In this document: one piece after another, positions 59,940 to 64,000 of the stretch
How positions within the stretch are numbered: position 1 is the stretch's first letter
Layout of the letters: the number at the start of each line of letters is the position of its first letter
The notes under the pieces: generated by a model
What the model saw: the letters and a program-made list of their open reading frames with translations, nothing else
The model's database searches: none
What the model was told of the DNA's origin: nothing
Made by a program: the position numbers and the translations under genes
From: Malacoraja senta
Lineage: Eukaryota
Assembly (NCBI GenBank): GCA_038087875.1
Contig: JAXLNO010004041.1
Span: forward strand, 1 to 64,000
Reading direction: 5' to 3'
DNA: 64,000 bases

Positions 59940-60344
59940 ACCTGTACAGGGAGAAAGTAGGAGAATGAGGTTAGGAGGGAGAGATAGATCAGCCATGATT
60001 GAATAGTGGAATAAACTTGATGGGCCGAATGGCCTAATTCTGCTCCGATTACATGACCTATTACATCCACCAATCACTTGCCCGACTTTTTCCCTTCCCC
60101 ACATCTCTTTTCTAGCTTTCTCTCCTATCCGTCTGAAGAAGGGCCTTGACTCGAAACGTCATCTGTCCAGTTGCTCCCCAAATGCTGCCTGACCTGTAGG
60201 CTTCATCCTGCAGTTTGTGTTTTGCTCAAGAATCCAGCAGCTGCAGTTTCTTGTGGCATTACTGATTTTGGTTTAGGACAGGAGCCAGAATCTCGGACAT
60301 AAACATATCTCAAACATATTTTTAAAAACTGCATGTTCTTAAGT

Positions 60345-60790
60345 TCATGTTAGAGAAGCAGAATTAGGCCATTCGGCCCATTTAGCCTAATCCACCATTC
60401 AATCATGGCTGATCCATCTTCCCTCACAACACCATTCTCCTGCCCTTCGCTCCATAACCTCTGACACCCGTACTAATCTAGAATCAATCAATGTCTGCCT
60501 TAAAAATACAATTGACGGCCTCCGCAGCCTTCTGGTGCGATCATTCAACTGATTCGCCAACCTCCGACTAAAGAAATTCCTCCTCATCTCCTTCCTAAAG
60601 GTAAGTCCTTTTATTCGGAGGCTATGGCCTCTGGTCCTCAACTCTCCCACTAGTGGAAACATCCTCTCCACATCCACTATATTCGGTAAATTTCAATAAG
60701 ATCACCCCTCATCCTTCTTAACTCCAGTGAGTCCAGGCCCAGTGCCGTCTAAAGCTCATCATATGTTAACTCTCTCATTCCTGCGATAAT
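60345..60790 (-). mobile_element. CR1 3' fragment
   Basis: DVERMFPLVGELRTRGHSLRIKG...RRNFFS. Confidence 0.85.
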
Positions 60791-61364
60791 AGGGAATTCT
60801 CTGAAAAGTCCGCTAGGTGACCACCAATAAAGTTCTAAAGTTTCATAATTATTGGAGTTTTACTGTAATTAGTGAGGCTGAAGGCGCACATAAAAAATAA
60901 TTTGAAACATATATTCAATTAAACTAAAAGGAAAGTTTTCTTACCTTTCTGCAGACAGTTCATTTCTCTCATTCATGTATATGGTCTGTTGTACATATCG
61001 CTGGAGAACTTGCCCTGGAATTAGTAGTCGGAATCACCAGAACGAGGGCTGGAAGTGTGCATGACTTCCCCAACTTTGGGAATAAATCATTTCCAGGCCC
61101 ATTGTGGCTAAAGGTATCAGGGGGTATGGAGACAAGGCAGGTACAGGATACTGATTTGGATGATCAGCCATGATCATATTGAATGGCGGTGTAGGCTCGA
61201 AGGGCCGAATGGCCTACTCCTGCACCTATTTTCTATGTTTCTCTTCCCTGGCAGATTTTCGAAAGTTTGGCCAAGTGTTTACATGGAAGATTGTAGAGCT
61301 CCCTTGTGGCTACATTCTGTGATTACAGGTTGAGCAGTTTCCAAAGTAACAAGTAATGTACATG

Positions 61365-61790
61365 TAGACACAAAAAGCTGGAGTAACTCAGTGTGGCAGG
61401 CAGCATCTCTGGAGAGAAGGAATGGGTGACATTTCAGGTCGAGACCTTCTTCAGATTGGTTAGCGTTTAGGGAAACGAGTGATATAAACGATGATGTAGA
61501 GAGATAAAGAACAACGAATTAAACATATGCACAAAAGTTACGATGATAAAGGAAACAGACCATTGTTGGCTGTTTGTTGGGTGGAAATAAGAAGCTAGTA
61601 CGACTTGGTGGGGGAGGGAATGCCAGGGTTAATTGAAGTTAGAGAAATCAAAACTGATACCACTGGCTGTAAGCAGCCCAAGCGAAATATGAGATGCTGT
61701 TTCTCCAATTTGCGTTTAGCCTCACAGAAAATGGAGGAGACCTAGGACAGAAAGGACTGTGTGGGAATGGGAAGGAGAATGAAAGTGTAA
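61365..61790 (-). mobile_element. PLE 3' end: GIY-YIG terminus, UTR, hammerhead core and terminal hairpin in one piece
   Basis: Minus strand EKQHLIFRLGCLQPV, then ~200 bp UTR, then CTGAAGAAGGTCTCGACCTGAAATGTC (~61451-61425) and the terminal unit. This links the hammerhead unit to PLEs. Confidence 0.85.
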
Positions 61791-61794
61791 AATG

Positions 61795-62352
61795 CCTGTC
61801 TCACGAGTCTGCGGTCATTGGCGGCGAAACGGGAAGAATCTGCCGCCATAGACCGCGCACTCGTGAGAACGCACAATTCCGGGGCCGTGCGGCGGTGTTC
61901 CCAACACCGCACGGTGCTAAAATGAAACCTACACTGTTGAAAAATATTTTCCTACCGCACAGCCTCCACCAGTGATGCACGAGTGCGGCACGGCCGCCCG
62001 CACGGGCCGCCGCCAGTGTGGCTCAAGCGCCGTGCGTCAAACTTGCACTGCCACAGTCTCCGCCAGTGAGGCACGTGTGCGGCACGGCCGCAGGCACAGC
62101 CACCGCTACAGCGCCGCGATCAGGACGGCCGCCGCCACAGCCGCAGCGAGTGAGTCACGTGCGGCGGGCCGACGTCATCGCAGTCGGCCCGCCCTTTTTT
62201 TAACTTACCGCAAGCACGTGGGACCCGCCGTATCACTCGGCCCCACGCGCAGCATCCGTGCGGCGCTCCCGTGGATAGGCTCGGCGCTCTCGACGTTGCC
62301 GTGCGGTCCACTCTACAGGCGAAGCCGCGCTTCACCGCCGATGACCGTACTC
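61795..62352. mobile_element. GC-rich PIF/Harbinger-like MITE
   Basis: Left end GCCTGTCTCACGAG. CGGTCATTGGCGGCGAA near the left end is mirrored by TTCACCGCCGATGACCG near the right end. Internal repeats CACGWGTGCGGCACGGCCGC. Right terminus is truncated. Confidence 0.6.
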
Positions 62353-62479
62353 CAACTTTAATGAGAACAAAGTTGGTACAGAATGTGACATATGTCACAC
62401 CTGCACAGGCGATTTTGCAGTCTAGAACTGCAAATTAATTGATGCATGTAGCGCATTGTCAAGAACCATGCAAAGTGGG

Positions 62480-62750
62480 CAATACAGTGGCGTGGCGATA
62501 GAGGTGCTGCCTTACAGCATTAGAAACCCAGGTCTATATGGATGTTTGTATGTTCTCATTGTGACTATGTTGGTTTTCTCCGGGTGCTCCGGTCTCCTTT
62601 CACATTCAAAAGACGTACAGGTTTGCAGATTCATTGGCTTTTGTAAATGGTCCCTAGTGTGTAGGATAGAACTAGTGCACGGGGATCGCTGGTTGCTGCG
62701 GACTTGGTGGGCCAAAGGGCCTGTTTCCACACTGTATATCTAAACTAAAT
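62480..62750 (+). mobile_element. HE1/V-SINE-like SINE
   Basis: Head GTGGCGTGGCGATAGAGG, core and tail. Confidence 0.85.
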
Positions 62751-63219
62751 TAAAATAATGCAGTAAGGTAGCATTAGAGAGCGTGCAGAGTATATTAGTA
62801 AGATGATTAGATAGGATTGATAGTCAGAACCCTTTTCTTCAGGTGGAAATGTCAAAGACTGGTGGGCACAGCTTTAAGGTGAAATGGGCACATTTTATAG
62901 ATGTGCGGGGCAAGCTTTTTACACATAGCGGTCGGTGGGTGCCTGGAATTCACTGCCAAGGGTGGTGGTGGAGGCAGATATGAGTGGCGTTGAAGAGGCT
63001 TTTAGATAGGCACGTGGTTATGCAGGGAATGGAGGGATAGGTATCATGTGCAGGCAGAGCAGATTAGTTTATTGTAGCAGCATGTTGGGCACAGACATTG
63101 TAGGTCAAAAGGCTTGTTCCTTTGCTGTACCACCAGGATCATTATGTCATTGGCAATCCAGGATCATGAACAATATCTGGAGACATAAAATCATATCATA
63201 TGAAGGGGGCAGGATTAGT

Positions 63220-63525
63220 GGCTAGCTGGAAGAGCCAGTGCCTCACAGCGGCCAAGATCCGGGTTCGATCCTAATCTCGGCTGCCTGTGTGGAGTTTGCA
63301 TGTTCTCCCTGTGCCCACGTGCGTGTTCTGGTTTCATCCAACATCTCAAGGATATGCCGGTTTGTAGGTTAATTGGCCAATTGGCCGCAGTAAGTTGCTC
63401 CTCGTGTGTAGGGGGTGGATGAGAAAGTGGATAACACATACATTTAGTCTGAATGGGTGATCAGCAATTGGCATAGACTCGGTGGGCCGAGGGGCCTGTT
63501 TCTGTGCTGTACATCTAAACTAAAA
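63220..63525 (+). mobile_element. HE1/V-SINE-like SINE
   Basis: GGGTTCGATCC B box, core and tail. Confidence 0.85.
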
Positions 63526-64000
63526 ATTAATACAGTGGTGTACACGTATTCCCCTGTAAAGCTATTGAACTAGTTTAGTGGACTTCTCAATAAAGTTGAA
63601 AACAAAGATTGCCATTTTGGCAACAATTCCTCTGCCCGTATTCAAGGGTTTATTTTCTTTTCTTTTCTTTTTTTTAAAGTTTTTATATCAGGGGAAAGGG
63701 ACGTACATAGATAATGAGTATATAGATAATGAAGTGTAAGGTGTGAAAACAGGACAGAGGGAATGGAAAATCAAGGATAATGTAGAATAGATCATTGTTA
63801 GTTGGGACAAGGTAACAACAAAGCAAACAGAGATGAAGAAGGGTCTCAACCCCAAACAGTCACTCATTCCTTCTCTCCAGAGATGTTGCCTGACCCGCGA
63901 AGTTACTCCAACATTTTGTGTCTATCCTCTGCAGGCACTGGTGTTTCTTTGGGAATAATGTTGAATAATACCAATATTACATTTATATAATGTGTCAAAC

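Noticed and set aside
60945-61014. Possible minus-strand 70-bp exon (QVLQRYVQQTIYMNERNELSAE) with a good AAG|GTAAG donor
   Set aside because: Weak acceptor, no recognisable homology and no partner exons; not supportable.
61795-62352. CpG-island-like promoter or 129-aa Ala/Arg-rich ORF
   Set aside because: Inverted ends and internal repeats indicate a Harbinger-like MITE; the ORF is compositional.

Overview
Vertebrate genomic DNA, most likely a cartilaginous fish such as a skate or ray (inferred from the HE1/V-SINE-like SINEs, CR1-like LINEs with ATGTTTCT tails and the gene types). Most of the window is transposable-element derived. Host-gene content is small. On + there is an MHC class I-like gene fragment: an alpha3/C1-set Ig exon at 14138-14404 whose splice acceptor reads AA instead of AG, a clean transmembrane exon at 17086-17193, and a speculative cytoplasmic exon at 29703. 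On - there is a two-exon GPR139-like class A GPCR gene (42661->40223) with two in-frame nonsense codons, plus an orphan duplicate of its first exon and promoter (34785->34716). Large elements are: a Tx1-clade LINE with both ORFs open, directly 3' of a (GA)n tract and running into an N gap; a full-length decayed L1 with nested L2 and GC-rich insertions; a full-length DIRS1-type tyrosine-recombinase retrotransposon with intact termini and ICR, inserted in a SINE; a young 5'-truncated CR1; Rex1/Babar and Penelope fragments; and hAT- and Harbinger-like MITEs. Most notable are the more than 20 partial copies of a ~120-bp Penelope-derived unit carrying a minimal hammerhead-ribozyme core (two with their own target-site duplications), a pair of ~860-bp non-coding retroelements sharing covarying hairpins, and a 292-bp near-perfect palindrome at the point where the duplicated GPCR copy loses its second exon. 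Everything was read by eye, so repeat boundaries are approximate unless a junction is quoted.
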